Both the position numbers and the translations under genes were made by a program. Under the pieces are notes generated by a model. The model did no database searches. It was not told where the DNA came from and was given only the letters and a program-made list of their open reading frames with translations. Below are positions 1-9,224 of a DNA stretch of 64,000 nucleotides, piece after piece. Within the stretch, counting starts at the first letter, position 1. Each line of letters starts with the position of its first letter. This stretch comes from a virus: IMG/VR virus record IMGVR_UViG_3300050821_001343, positions 35,182 to 99,181 of that record; one strand, written 5' to 3'.

Positions 1-2
1 CG

Positions 3-668
3 GGACCGTATAGCGCACACGGACAACTTCAACAGGCCATCCTTAATGGCACCCTTTACTATGTAGGTGGCTACGATACGTCAGTTTTCTATCCTACCCT
101 GTACGCTTATACTGCTTCAACGAACTCATGGTCTAGCCAATTGGCTGAGTTAAGTCAATGGCGAGATGGTGTGGTAGGAGGGTTCATTGGTAGCGAGTTG
201 TATGTGATTGGGGGACGTAACGCTAACTCACCAAATGTATTCGGAATGACCGAGAATGAATACTTTGCTGTTGGGTCAACTCCGATTACATCGACATTTA
301 CTAAGATTCAACTTCACTACACAGGTAGCCCCTCTGGTACGGTTCGTCTGGGAATTTATTCAGACTCCGCTGGATCACCCGGTTCTTTGATCCTTGATGC
401 CGGAACAGTGGCTATGGTCAACGGATGGGCCGTGATTACCGGACTCAGTGTATCTTCGCTAGTCCTCGGCACACACTATTGGTTAGTCTTCCTGCAAAAT
501 GCATCGGCTTCGGTATCATATACGGCTGGTGCTCCGACTGGATCAGCGAGCGGTGCTCATTGTAGCAATAATACTGTGACTTATGGAGCACTGCCATCCA
601 CTTTCCCAAGTGGCGGTATATCCTGCCAAGTTGGTAGTATGTACGCGGAGAGGCTCACAGTTAACTAG
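3..668 (+). CDS. Kelch-repeat-containing tail/receptor-binding protein, C-terminal part (5' truncated by window)
   Basis: Frame is open from nt 3. Kelch-like GG motifs (LYYVGGY...NSW, LYVIGG) are followed by a beta-rich domain, in a structural gene block. Confidence 0.55.
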   Translation, partial: GPYSAHGQLQQAILNGTLYYVGGYDTSVFYPTLYAYTASTNSWSSQLAELSQWRDGVVGGFIGSELYVIGGRNANSPNVFGMTENEYFAVGSTPITSTFTKIQLHYTGSPSGTVRLGIYSDSAGSPGSLILDAGTVAMVNGWAVITGLSVSSLVLGTHYWLVFLQNASASVSYTAGAPTGSASGAHCSNNTVTYGALPSTFPSGGISCQVGSMYAERLTVN

Positions 669-676
669 GAGAATAC

Positions 677-973
677 ATGAACTGGCAATGGCTTAAATCA
701 ATTTGGAGCGAGCCAAATGGTAACGGATCGTCTACACGAATCCATATGACTGTCTTGATTGCATTCATAATCGGAGTAGGGATTTCGTTTGGCGTTGCGA
801 CCCATCAGAAACGCTTTTCTATCGAACAGTTCGATAACTTTCTGAACGCAGGAGCAACTTTTATCGTGACCACGTGCGGTCCTCTTTATGCGGCCAATAA
901 GGTAGCGGATTGGGGCAAGAACCACGACAATCAACCAAACCAACCAAACCAACCAAACCAACCCGGAGCCTAG
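677..973 (+). CDS. Holin-like small membrane protein
   Basis: Two hydrophobic segments, a phage-holin-like 'SSTR' motif and a C-terminal QPN repeat. Confidence 0.45.
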   Translation: MNWQWLKSIWSEPNGNGSSTRIHMTVLIAFIIGVGISFGVATHQKRFSIEQFDNFLNAGATFIVTTCGPLYAANKVADWGKNHDNQPNQPNQPNQPGA

Positions 974-976
974 AAT

Positions 977-1327
977 ATGTCAACAGTAAATCAGATCGTA
1001 AATGGGGCGTTTCAAGACCCCGAAGGCAACCCTCTTGCGAATGGTTTTTTACTGTTTGAGTTAAGTCAAGACGGTGTTGTAAACACAAGCACTCGGGTAT
1101 GCGCGGGGCATACCATACGTGTCCCGCTTAACTCAAGCGGAGATGTTCCATCATCGCCTATTTATAGCCTGTGGCCGAACACGGTGATAACACCTTCGAC
1201 TACATTCTATACTCTGTCTGCGTACTCGTCTACGGGACAACTTGTTTGGGGGCCGAATCCAGTTTCAATCACAGCATCCCCAAGTCCTCTTGATTTGGGC
1301 ACCCTAATACCGGGAGATATTAACTAA
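977..1327 (+). CDS. Putative tail/virion protein
   Basis: Beta-rich 116 aa ORF tightly packed in the structural operon. Confidence 0.4.
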   Translation: MSTVNQIVNGAFQDPEGNPLANGFLLFELSQDGVVNTSTRVCAGHTIRVPLNSSGDVPSSPIYSLWPNTVITPSTTFYTLSAYSSTGQLVWGPNPVSITASPSPLDLGTLIPGDIN

Positions 1328-4300
1328 ATGCCAAACAGTCTATCCCTTGCTGGCGCACAACCCCAGAAACAACCCCGCTTTGCTCCGATTTTCACATCGA
1401 GGTTTTTCTCGGGTATATGGACAAATCGTAGTCCTCTTAGAGACGCAACTACCTCTCGTATTGTCGAAAAATTCTACGGCCAAGCCGGGGATGCCATCAT
1501 TGCCGGGACCAACATCGAGATTACGAATAAACTGACTTTTGCTCGCAGACCCGGCACTTCTGTGTATGATTCCAACAGCTATACGGACCCAGATCGGTAC
1601 TACGAGTTTCGTTTGTTCAACTCCACTACTGAACAGATTGATGTGATGATAGACCAAGCCAATGCTTTGTATTCTCTACATGGCGGCGTAAAGACATTGG
1701 TATTCACAAAGAGCACAGGCTCGGGACAGACTTACATGCAGTCTGTGGGCAACGAGTTATATTTTGCAGACGGTGTGGACAACAAGAAATGGCTTCAGAG
1801 TTTGTTCATTCGTTCCAACAGCACCTTGATCAACACAAACGTTAACCCATTCTTCACCACTTTCCTCATAGACCCGAACGGTAACATTCAACAGTTAACG
1901 GGATCATACGTTACGGCAAATGCTGTGAACTGGGGCGATGGCCTTCTTATCATCACTACTGACCAAACCAACTTGCTTACATCGGGAGTTGTAGCCGTTG
2001 GGGATAGCATCACCTTCCCTAATACTATGACTGCAACACAGTTGGAGGGGTTGACACTTGAAGTCACCGGAATAGCCGCCAACGAACTAGAGTTCTCTTA
2101 CATCAATTTGACAACTCCTACCTACAGTGGCGCAGAAAGTCACGTAGTTTTGGAGAACATTGGATCGGGAACTCCTACTACCGGATCAGGTACTCCAACG
2201 TGGAGCACAGTTGTACCTTCTCCGTCTAATAACTTTGCCGGTGGAGTCACACTTGATGGCTCGGCTCTCTGGACAAACAGAGGATTGCCGGTAGAGAATT
2301 GGGGAATTGATATAAGCAACGGCAAGCAATTGGCTAAACCATTGCCTGTTTCTCCGTCAGTCTCCGAAACCATTGCTGGTGGCAGTTCAAGTTCATCTCA
2401 AACTGGCCCCGGTTCAAATATTACATCTAATACTCTATCAGGTTTTGGATCATCACCTGTATCTGAAAACGTCACTTTGAATATGACGTTCAATGCGACC
2501 TCAACCTTCAACTTTACAGTATTGGCCGGTGGACCTGATCCTGCCAATTACGCACAGATACTTGTGTCTCCTGATGGCGGTGCGTCTTATATTTCTTTGT
2601 ATACGCAAACGTTTCAAACTCCATTTGGAGCAACTTCACCATACACAATCGCAGTGAGCAACATCCCGTTAAGCACGGTTCTATCCGGCGTGAGCAACTT
2701 GAATAACATTCAGGTCAAGATCATTACGGAATCTTTCGGAGCGAATGCAGGCGATGTGGCGAATTTTACTGTCACGCTTGGAGCTATCACTGTAGCAACG
2801 GGAAACAACGCATTACCATGGACCGCCAACACTGCATACAGCTTGGGTCAGGTTGTAATTGACAGCAACAACAACCTCCAAACCGTTACGGTAGCTGGTA
2901 TATCAGGACTAGTACAGCCAAATTGGAATACCATTCTAGGAGGTACGACGTTCGACAACTCTATAACTTGGGAGAATACATTCATCCAAGCCATCTCTGC
3001 ATTCAACGGCGGGTTTGAGTACAGCATTGCTCTCGTCAACAGTTTGGATGCAACCGTATCAAATGCTACTCCTTTGTCAGTGGCTACAGGCAACTTTGTT
3101 GGGGCTCAAGGTGTAGCAATTCCAGCAGGAGCCGGACTGCCTCCGTTGAGTCAGATTGACCCGCAAGCGGACTATGTGGATATTTTCAGAACAGTTGATG
3201 GCGGCTCTGTGCCGTTCTTAATTAACGGTCCCGGAAACTTTCCGTATACAATACCACTTGCTCAATACATTGCCGAGGGGTATGTAGATAATACTCTCGA
3301 CACTCAGTTGAACAATCAAATATCGGGAGCTATTGCTGGAGAGAACACTCCGCCCGGCATCGGAGCAATCAACCTTACGTATCACCTTAGCCGAATCTGG
3401 TACAGCATTGGAAATGTAGTCTACTGGACTACTGGGCCAGATACACCAGTCGGCAACGGAATCAACGGCACATCACCTTTGAACTTCGCCGCTATGCCAT
3501 CATTGGTCAAGAGAATTGTACCAACGACAAGCGGGGCACTCATCTTCACTGTGTCCGACGTGTATATCATTCAAGGAAACGGAACGACTAACAATCCAAT
3601 TCAAGGAGCATTACCATTGCTTCCGGGTATTGGACTGTTGAGCTACAATGCGTTGGATCAGAACGGACCGACTATTGGATTATTTACGACCGACAATCAG
3701 TTTATCATACTTGATCCCTCATCAGGAACAACGTATGCTGGATTTCCCATTGGCGATCAGCTAAGGCAGAATAACGGATCACCGGGCACAAGCTGGAATC
3801 CAGCCAATGTATATGTCGCATGGCATGTACAAGGCGAAGACCAAGCTTGGTATGTTTGTGACGGTACTAATGGATGGTACAGATTAATGTCCACACCGGC
3901 TCCTGAAAGCGGTTACACATGGTCGCCATTTGCAACCATCACAGGCGGGGCCGGTGCCGTGCAGAGCGTCGAGGTAACCCCCGGAGTTCATAGACTTCTC
4001 ATTGGACCCACGGGAACAGGTGAACTACTGCAACGAGATTTGACTGTGTTTACCGACAATGGAACAACCTATCCTGCTAACGCAACGATTGGCTCTCTAG
4101 TGCTGGCACAACCGGGTCAAGTAGCAGAAGTCGCTCACATTGTTTGCGAATCAGCCAAGGTCGGTGCCCCTGTAGAACTTGGATTCTTGACCGACGAGGC
4201 ATTTCCTTATTACACAGGACCGATTGATATTCTTAAGGAATGGACATCTGATCCTCCGAATTTGTCACCTAGCCAATCACTGTATAGTCAACGTTTCTAT

Positions 4301-4435
4301 TTAGCAAATATAGACGATGACGACGCAGCGGTGATGCGACATTGCCAAATTCAGATCATATTCTCACCTTATGATACTGTGCAAAATGAGATGCTAACCC
4401 TCACGGTTTTTGGGGCCTATTCGCAGGAGGTATAA
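1328..4435 (+). CDS. Tail nozzle / tail tubular protein B-like virion protein with inserted accessory domains
   Basis: 1035 aa. N-terminal 'N..I......RRPG' pattern typical of podovirus stabilization/nozzle proteins, internal W-x-A-x-T-x-Y...DxNxNxQ...W modules, located before the ejection genes. Confidence 0.55.
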   Translation: MPNSLSLAGAQPQKQPRFAPIFTSRFFSGIWTNRSPLRDATTSRIVEKFYGQAGDAIIAGTNIEITNKLTFARRPGTSVYDSNSYTDPDRYYEFRLFNSTTEQIDVMIDQANALYSLHGGVKTLVFTKSTGSGQTYMQSVGNELYFADGVDNKKWLQSLFIRSNSTLINTNVNPFFTTFLIDPNGNIQQLTGSYVTANAVNWGDGLLIITTDQTNLLTSGVVAVGDSITFPNTMTATQLEGLTLEVTGIAANELEFSYINLTTPTYSGAESHVVLENIGSGTPTTGSGTPTWSTVVPSPSNNFAGGVTLDGSALWTNRGLPVENWGIDISNGKQLAKPLPVSPSVSETIAGGSSSSSQTGPGSNITSNTLSGFGSSPVSENVTLNMTFNATSTFNFTVLAGGPDPANYAQILVSPDGGASYISLYTQTFQTPFGATSPYTIAVSNIPLSTVLSGVSNLNNIQVKIITESFGANAGDVANFTVTLGAITVATGNNALPWTANTAYSLGQVVIDSNNNLQTVTVAGISGLVQPNWNTILGGTTFDNSITWENTFIQAISAFNGGFEYSIALVNSLDATVSNATPLSVATGNFVGAQGVAIPAGAGLPPLSQIDPQADYVDIFRTVDGGSVPFLINGPGNFPYTIPLAQYIAEGYVDNTLDTQLNNQISGAIAGENTPPGIGAINLTYHLSRIWYSIGNVVYWTTGPDTPVGNGINGTSPLNFAAMPSLVKRIVPTTSGALIFTVSDVYIIQGNGTTNNPIQGALPLLPGIGLLSYNALDQNGPTIGLFTTDNQFIILDPSSGTTYAGFPIGDQLRQNNGSPGTSWNPANVYVAWHVQGEDQAWYVCDGTNGWYRLMSTPAPESGYTWSPFATITGGAGAVQSVEVTPGVHRLLIGPTGTGELLQRDLTVFTDNGTTYPANATIGSLVLAQPGQVAEVAHIVCESAKVGAPVELGFLTDEAFPYYTGPIDILKEWTSDPPNLSPSQSLYSQRFYLANIDDDDAAVMRHCQIQIIFSPYDTVQNEMLTLTVFGAYSQEV

Positions 4436-4438
4436 TCA

Positions 4439-5152
4439 ATGCCCGATTTAGCAAGTAGAACAGGTGTGGACCTTGATGGATATACTCCGATAGCTCCCGT
4501 CTCTGGATCACCAGTTCCGGCTCAAGGTACATCATCACCCAATACTGTTGAGCCGGGATTGAATCCATTTTTACGATGCCCAATACCTCCTATTTGGCAG
4601 TCATCACCAGATTCTTTGAGGCAGTTCTATCAGAACAATGTCGTTCCACAAACTAGATTGTTTAATCCTCCTCCGAATCAAAACGTATCTGTTGCCGCAG
4701 CCGCACCCGCTGCAAGCAATGTAACTAATGTTACTAACAACACAGTTGTCTCCGTAGCGGCTGCTCAGAATCCTAATTTGATTTCCAGTGACGGAACTAC
4801 AGGATCGCGTAGGTTTTTCCAAACTGCGAATCCAGAAACTACCGGCCCTACATCGAGTTATGTGTTTCAGAATTCCAATACCAGTCCCCTTTTAGTAGTT
4901 GTCTCTGCTGACGGCGGCGGCGGAGGATTTCACGGAGTAGTATATTGTGACATTACCACGACTCCCGTTACGAAAGTAGCACGACTATCTCGTGTCAACG
5001 CGGGGTCCAGTAATCCAAACTACTATCCCGGAAGCGTGATGTTTCTTGTTCCTGCTGGTTACTATTATGGGATCAGCGTGACAAGCGGCGGTGGCACGCC
5101 AGTCGGAGCTAATGCACTTGATTCATGGACTGAGTACACCCTTGGGAGTTAA
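4439..5152 (+). CDS. Putative tail fibre/virion protein
   Basis: C-terminal 'VMFLVPAGYYY' pattern resembles phage fibre tip domains; structural context. Confidence 0.4.
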   Translation: MPDLASRTGVDLDGYTPIAPVSGSPVPAQGTSSPNTVEPGLNPFLRCPIPPIWQSSPDSLRQFYQNNVVPQTRLFNPPPNQNVSVAAAAPAASNVTNVTNNTVVSVAAAQNPNLISSDGTTGSRRFFQTANPETTGPTSSYVFQNSNTSPLLVVVSADGGGGGFHGVVYCDITTTPVTKVARLSRVNAGSSNPNYYPGSVMFLVPAGYYYGISVTSGGGTPVGANALDSWTEYTLGS

Positions 5153-5569
5153 ATGATTACCAACCGATTTATCACCGACAATGATTACTCTATTCTTGCT
5201 GGATCGTTGCTACTGGATGAGTATCACAAGGACACACCAGCCGGTTTCTTTTATGCAGACGGAACGGTTTGCTCTGTTTATGAAGACGAAAATGGTCCCA
5301 TTTGTTTTGTACGAGGAAAGCCCATTACACAAGACAAAGTGGCGATTATACAACTAGATATTCAATATGTCAACAATCGAGACGCTCGACGTAACATGAG
5401 AGCGATGCTTGAAGGATTACCAGAATTGGAAAAGAAAGCGCGTGAAAATGGTTTTTCTGGCTTTTTCTTTGTGAGTAATGTTCCTCTGCTTAGACAGTTT
5501 TGCATAAAGCGACTTGGATTCGAGGCTTATGGGGAAGATTGTCTGGTTAAAGTTTTGCAGGAGAAATAA
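5153..5569 (+). CDS. GNAT-fold-like virion assembly protein
   Basis: 138 aa ending in a 'KRLGF' motif, placed between nozzle and ejection genes as in many podoviruses. Confidence 0.4.
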   Translation: MITNRFITDNDYSILAGSLLLDEYHKDTPAGFFYADGTVCSVYEDENGPICFVRGKPITQDKVAIIQLDIQYVNNRDARRNMRAMLEGLPELEKKARENGFSGFFFVSNVPLLRQFCIKRLGFEAYGEDCLVKVLQEK

Positions 5570-6387
5570 TGCGTATCTATACGAAGTTGCAATATAGTTG
5601 GGACGGTATTAAATACGCTCTTGACAAAGCCGAGTATTTCGAGTACAATGGAGAAGTAGCCTTATTGTGCGGCCCGTCTGCGCAGCAGACTCAACTTGCC
5701 AGCCAACAGGCAAGTTTCATGACTCAATTGCAGACTCAAGCTTCACAAGCTTTCGGAACCGCGTCAGCAGTTCTCAACTCATTGGTATCGACATTCACTC
5801 CGACGATTCAGGCTGGACCTAATCAACAGGGTATGTCACCGGCTGAACTTGCCGCCCGTAATGCTGCTGTTATTCAGAACGCCGGTATTGCGGCAAAGAA
5901 TGCAAAAGCAGCGGTCGGTAATGAAGAAGCTGCTGTAGGCGGGGGCAACGTCAGCCTGCCAAGCGGTGCCAAGATTGGTGCCGATCTGAGCGTAGCAGAA
6001 AACGCTGCTAACCAAACATCAACAGGGTTGAATCAAGTTGAGCAAGAGAATTACACACTTGGTCGAGAGAACTATGACAACGCAGTGAAGGGCCTTGAAG
6101 GATCAACCTCAGTCCTGAATCCGGTTACAAGTGCCGATAATGCTGCGAGCACTTCAGGCACCGTGGCGAGCAATCAAGCTAACGCAAACGAGCAAGCAAG
6201 TACAAGCTGGATGGCCCCAGTCGCTTCCGTTCTTGGAGATGTTGCTAGTGTTGCAACAGGCGGCATCATTAAAGGCATACAGAACCCAACGAGCAATGCT
6301 ACACAACAGCAACCCATCCCGAATTACGGTGCTAACCAAGGTAACCAAGGTAACATTGGCGAAGGCACGGTTGAAGAAGCGGCATAA
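5569..6387 (+). CDS. Internal virion (DNA ejection) protein
   Basis: Ala/Gln/Asn-rich helical protein with an N-terminal 'KIYT...EY.G.VA.LC'-type leader; first of three consecutive ejection-like genes. Confidence 0.5.
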   Translation: MRIYTKLQYSWDGIKYALDKAEYFEYNGEVALLCGPSAQQTQLASQQASFMTQLQTQASQAFGTASAVLNSLVSTFTPTIQAGPNQQGMSPAELAARNAAVIQNAGIAAKNAKAAVGNEEAAVGGGNVSLPSGAKIGADLSVAENAANQTSTGLNQVEQENYTLGRENYDNAVKGLEGSTSVLNPVTSADNAASTSGTVASNQANANEQASTSWMAPVASVLGDVASVATGGIIKGIQNPTSNATQQQPIPNYGANQGNQGNIGEGTVEEAA

Positions 6388-6397
6388 GGAATAACAC

Positions 6398-9223
6398 ATG
6401 GCAGACCCACAGACACCGAATACAGGAATATCGAACCCACCTAATGGTGGAGCGGTAACGGATGTAGCACTTCCAGATTCAAATGAATCGACCGTTTCGC
6501 AAGCATCTGCGCCCAATCAACCTGCACAACAGACACCGCAGGCAGCACCGGCTGCTAGTGCATCGTCTTCGGCTCCCCAAGCTTCACAGCAACCGCAAAC
6601 TCCCGGTCAGTCGCAACCGGCAAGCACGCCAGCGGCTTCCGGTCAGACGCCCGATTTGTCGAAACCAACGCCACAGCAAGCGGCTGCGCAAGTGCAACAA
6701 CAGGTGAAAGATGCCAAGGTACAGAAGGCCAGCACTTTCCACGACATTGCCGAAACCCTATCTGGTGGTCCTCGTTTTACCTACACCATCGATGCTAACG
6801 GTAACACCGTTAAGACCAAAATTCCTGTAAGTAATGCTCATCTTGCACTAGCAATTGCAATGGAAGCTTTGAGCGGAGCAGCGGCAGGAGTCGGTCAAAC
6901 TGGACCCGGCGCTGTAGGCAAAGCTGCGACTGCTGGACTAAAGCAAGGACAAGATCAGACCGCGCAGATTCAAAAAGGCGATCAAGAGGCGCAGCAACAA
7001 GCACAGGGAGATTTTGCCCGTAAAGCACAGATCACTGAAACTAATATGCGTCTGTACGCCAATGCTGTCAACTTAGGGCGCATGAGTGTAGAAGATCAGG
7101 ACAACTATATTAAATCAGTTGCTCCCGTCGCTACTAAGTTGCAGCAAGAACTTCCCGGCTTCCTGAAAGAAGTAGTCGGATACAAAGGGCTGTCTCAATA
7201 CAATGTCACTGAGAATACAGCACTACCTTACCGCCGTGTCGCCAGAATTGGTGCAGACGGTCAGCAGGCTGTAGACAAGAACGGAGTTCCGCAGTGGGAC
7301 ATGGATTATCTGATCCTTGATCCAAAGTTCAAGGTTTCTGGTTTATTCACACCGGAGATTAAGAAGGCGTTCAAAGAACAAGGACTCCCTTGGGCCGATA
7401 ATCCAAACATCGACAATACTCCGATGAACGCGTACACTGCTCTGAATCTCATTTCCCGCGCATCACAGTGGAATGTAGCTAAGGGTTATGTCAGTAACTT
7501 CTTTGACACAGTAGACAAAGCCACGAAGGAAGGTTCCGCGCCGAAGAACGCCGTGGATATGACTACTGCCGGATCACTTACGGCTCCTCCGATCAAGGAC
7601 AAGCAGATTTCAGGACTAGTTGACGCCGCTTCGAATAAGTACGCCTCACAGGTATCCGACATTGTATCACCTGATAACTTTAGAGCGATCATTCATGGAA
7701 TCGTCAATCAGGAACACGGGCTTCATGGAGAAGTAAGTTCTAAAGGCGCTCAAGGTCCAATGCAGCTAATGCCCGGTACGGCTACGGCGTTAGGTGTACA
7801 CAATATAAACGATCCCGCTGAGAATGTGGACGCGGGTACAAAGTATTTCACTCAGCTTTTGAAGAAATACAAGTCGCTCCCCAACGCATTAGCCGCCTAT
7901 AATGCCGGTCCCGGAAACGTAGACAAAGCAAACGGCGTGCCGAACATCCCCGAGACAAAAGGGTATGTTGCGAACATTAGCAAGATGCTTGGCATTTCAT
8001 CTGAGGACAACGCAGCACAGACTCCTAATCGTCCCGATATGGCGCAGTTTACGCAGTCCAACCCGACCTTTCCATCAGCGGTAGAGAAATTCAATGCATC
8101 TCTTGCCCACACAGATGGAAGCTATGGAGCCGCATTAAAGGACATGGAAGCCAAAGGATTCACAGATGATGTGAAAACAATGTCTGCATTCTTCAACAGT
8201 GACGGGAAAGACAATATCAAGGCTCATGATGATTATGTAAACACACAGGCCGAGATACGCAAGTCTGACATACAAACCCAAGCTATCGAAGACCGTGCGG
8301 CTAACAAAACAGCACAGGATTCTTTAGCTCAGAAGCAGGTACAAGATCAACTTGACTCTTTTCAAAGAGCTAAGATGCCTGATAATGCCTTGCAACTTTC
8401 ACCTAACGATTTGATTGCCAATTTAAAGGGTCAAGGAGTAACAGTTCCGTTTCAAGTTATAAGTGATGCCCAAAAGGTAGCTCGTTATGAGTTACCACTT
8501 AGTGTTGCTTCCAACAAGCTGTGGTTCAAAGACAAGAATGCGAACCAATCAGCTTTGGCAGCTTTGGCTACACAGCTTAATCCTGAATTTAATGCCGGTA
8601 ACTACGACAAACTCAAAGCAACGGAGATGCCGAACGGTAAAGCAATTAGAACTGTAGAGTCAGCCGCCGCTGTGTCAAATCACTTAAACGATTTGATGGA
8701 TTTGTCTAACTCGATTAAGTCAGGAAGAACGAACTATCCTCTATTGAACAAACTTGAGGGAGAACTTCAAACACACACTGGTGGAAGTGACTATCTAAGA
8801 CTACAATCTTTGACAGGCGCTATCAACGGAGAAATGGGACCCGTTCTCGCAGGCGGTTACGCCCCTCATGAAGCAGAAATCAACGGGCTAATTAAGAACA
8901 TGAATGCTAACAACGCGGACGATCAGATTCAGCAATTAGGTAAACTTTACACCGAAATTATGTACGGTAAAGTAGCCCCGTTTGATGAAGAGTATAATGA
9001 ACTGTCCGGCTCAGGGGATAAGCATTTGACGATTCCAGCTTCGTTTACTAGACTGGCACAACGAAATGGATATGATACCCCGTGGGAGAAAAAGCTTCCT
9101 CAGCAAAATCAACAGTTACCCGGTCAGCGGCCAAATGAGATACCACAGTATTTGAATGGTAAGTTGGTCGGATACACTCTACCCGGCAAAACAGGCATGA
9201 GGCCGGTAACACCACAACAATAA
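6398..9223 (+). CDS. Internal virion protein with soluble lytic transglycosylase (SLT) domain
   Basis: SLT motifs QEHG...SSKGAQGPMQLMPGTA...NVDAGTKY...LAAYNAGPGNV...ETKGYV. Confidence 0.8.
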   Translation: MADPQTPNTGISNPPNGGAVTDVALPDSNESTVSQASAPNQPAQQTPQAAPAASASSSAPQASQQPQTPGQSQPASTPAASGQTPDLSKPTPQQAAAQVQQQVKDAKVQKASTFHDIAETLSGGPRFTYTIDANGNTVKTKIPVSNAHLALAIAMEALSGAAAGVGQTGPGAVGKAATAGLKQGQDQTAQIQKGDQEAQQQAQGDFARKAQITETNMRLYANAVNLGRMSVEDQDNYIKSVAPVATKLQQELPGFLKEVVGYKGLSQYNVTENTALPYRRVARIGADGQQAVDKNGVPQWDMDYLILDPKFKVSGLFTPEIKKAFKEQGLPWADNPNIDNTPMNAYTALNLISRASQWNVAKGYVSNFFDTVDKATKEGSAPKNAVDMTTAGSLTAPPIKDKQISGLVDAASNKYASQVSDIVSPDNFRAIIHGIVNQEHGLHGEVSSKGAQGPMQLMPGTATALGVHNINDPAENVDAGTKYFTQLLKKYKSLPNALAAYNAGPGNVDKANGVPNIPETKGYVANISKMLGISSEDNAAQTPNRPDMAQFTQSNPTFPSAVEKFNASLAHTDGSYGAALKDMEAKGFTDDVKTMSAFFNSDGKDNIKAHDDYVNTQAEIRKSDIQTQAIEDRAANKTAQDSLAQKQVQDQLDSFQRAKMPDNALQLSPNDLIANLKGQGVTVPFQVISDAQKVARYELPLSVASNKLWFKDKNANQSALAALATQLNPEFNAGNYDKLKATEMPNGKAIRTVESAAAVSNHLNDLMDLSNSIKSGRTNYPLLNKLEGELQTHTGGSDYLRLQSLTGAINGEMGPVLAGGYAPHEAEINGLIKNMNANNADDQIQQLGKLYTEIMYGKVAPFDEEYNELSGSGDKHLTIPASFTRLAQRNGYDTPWEKKLPQQNQQLPGQRPNEIPQYLNGKLVGYTLPGKTGMRPVTPQQ

Positions 9224-9224
9224 G

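Noticed and set aside
931-963. CAACCAAAC tandem repeat
   Set aside because: In-frame 9-bp unit encoding a low-complexity QPN tail; no sign of a function beyond length variation.
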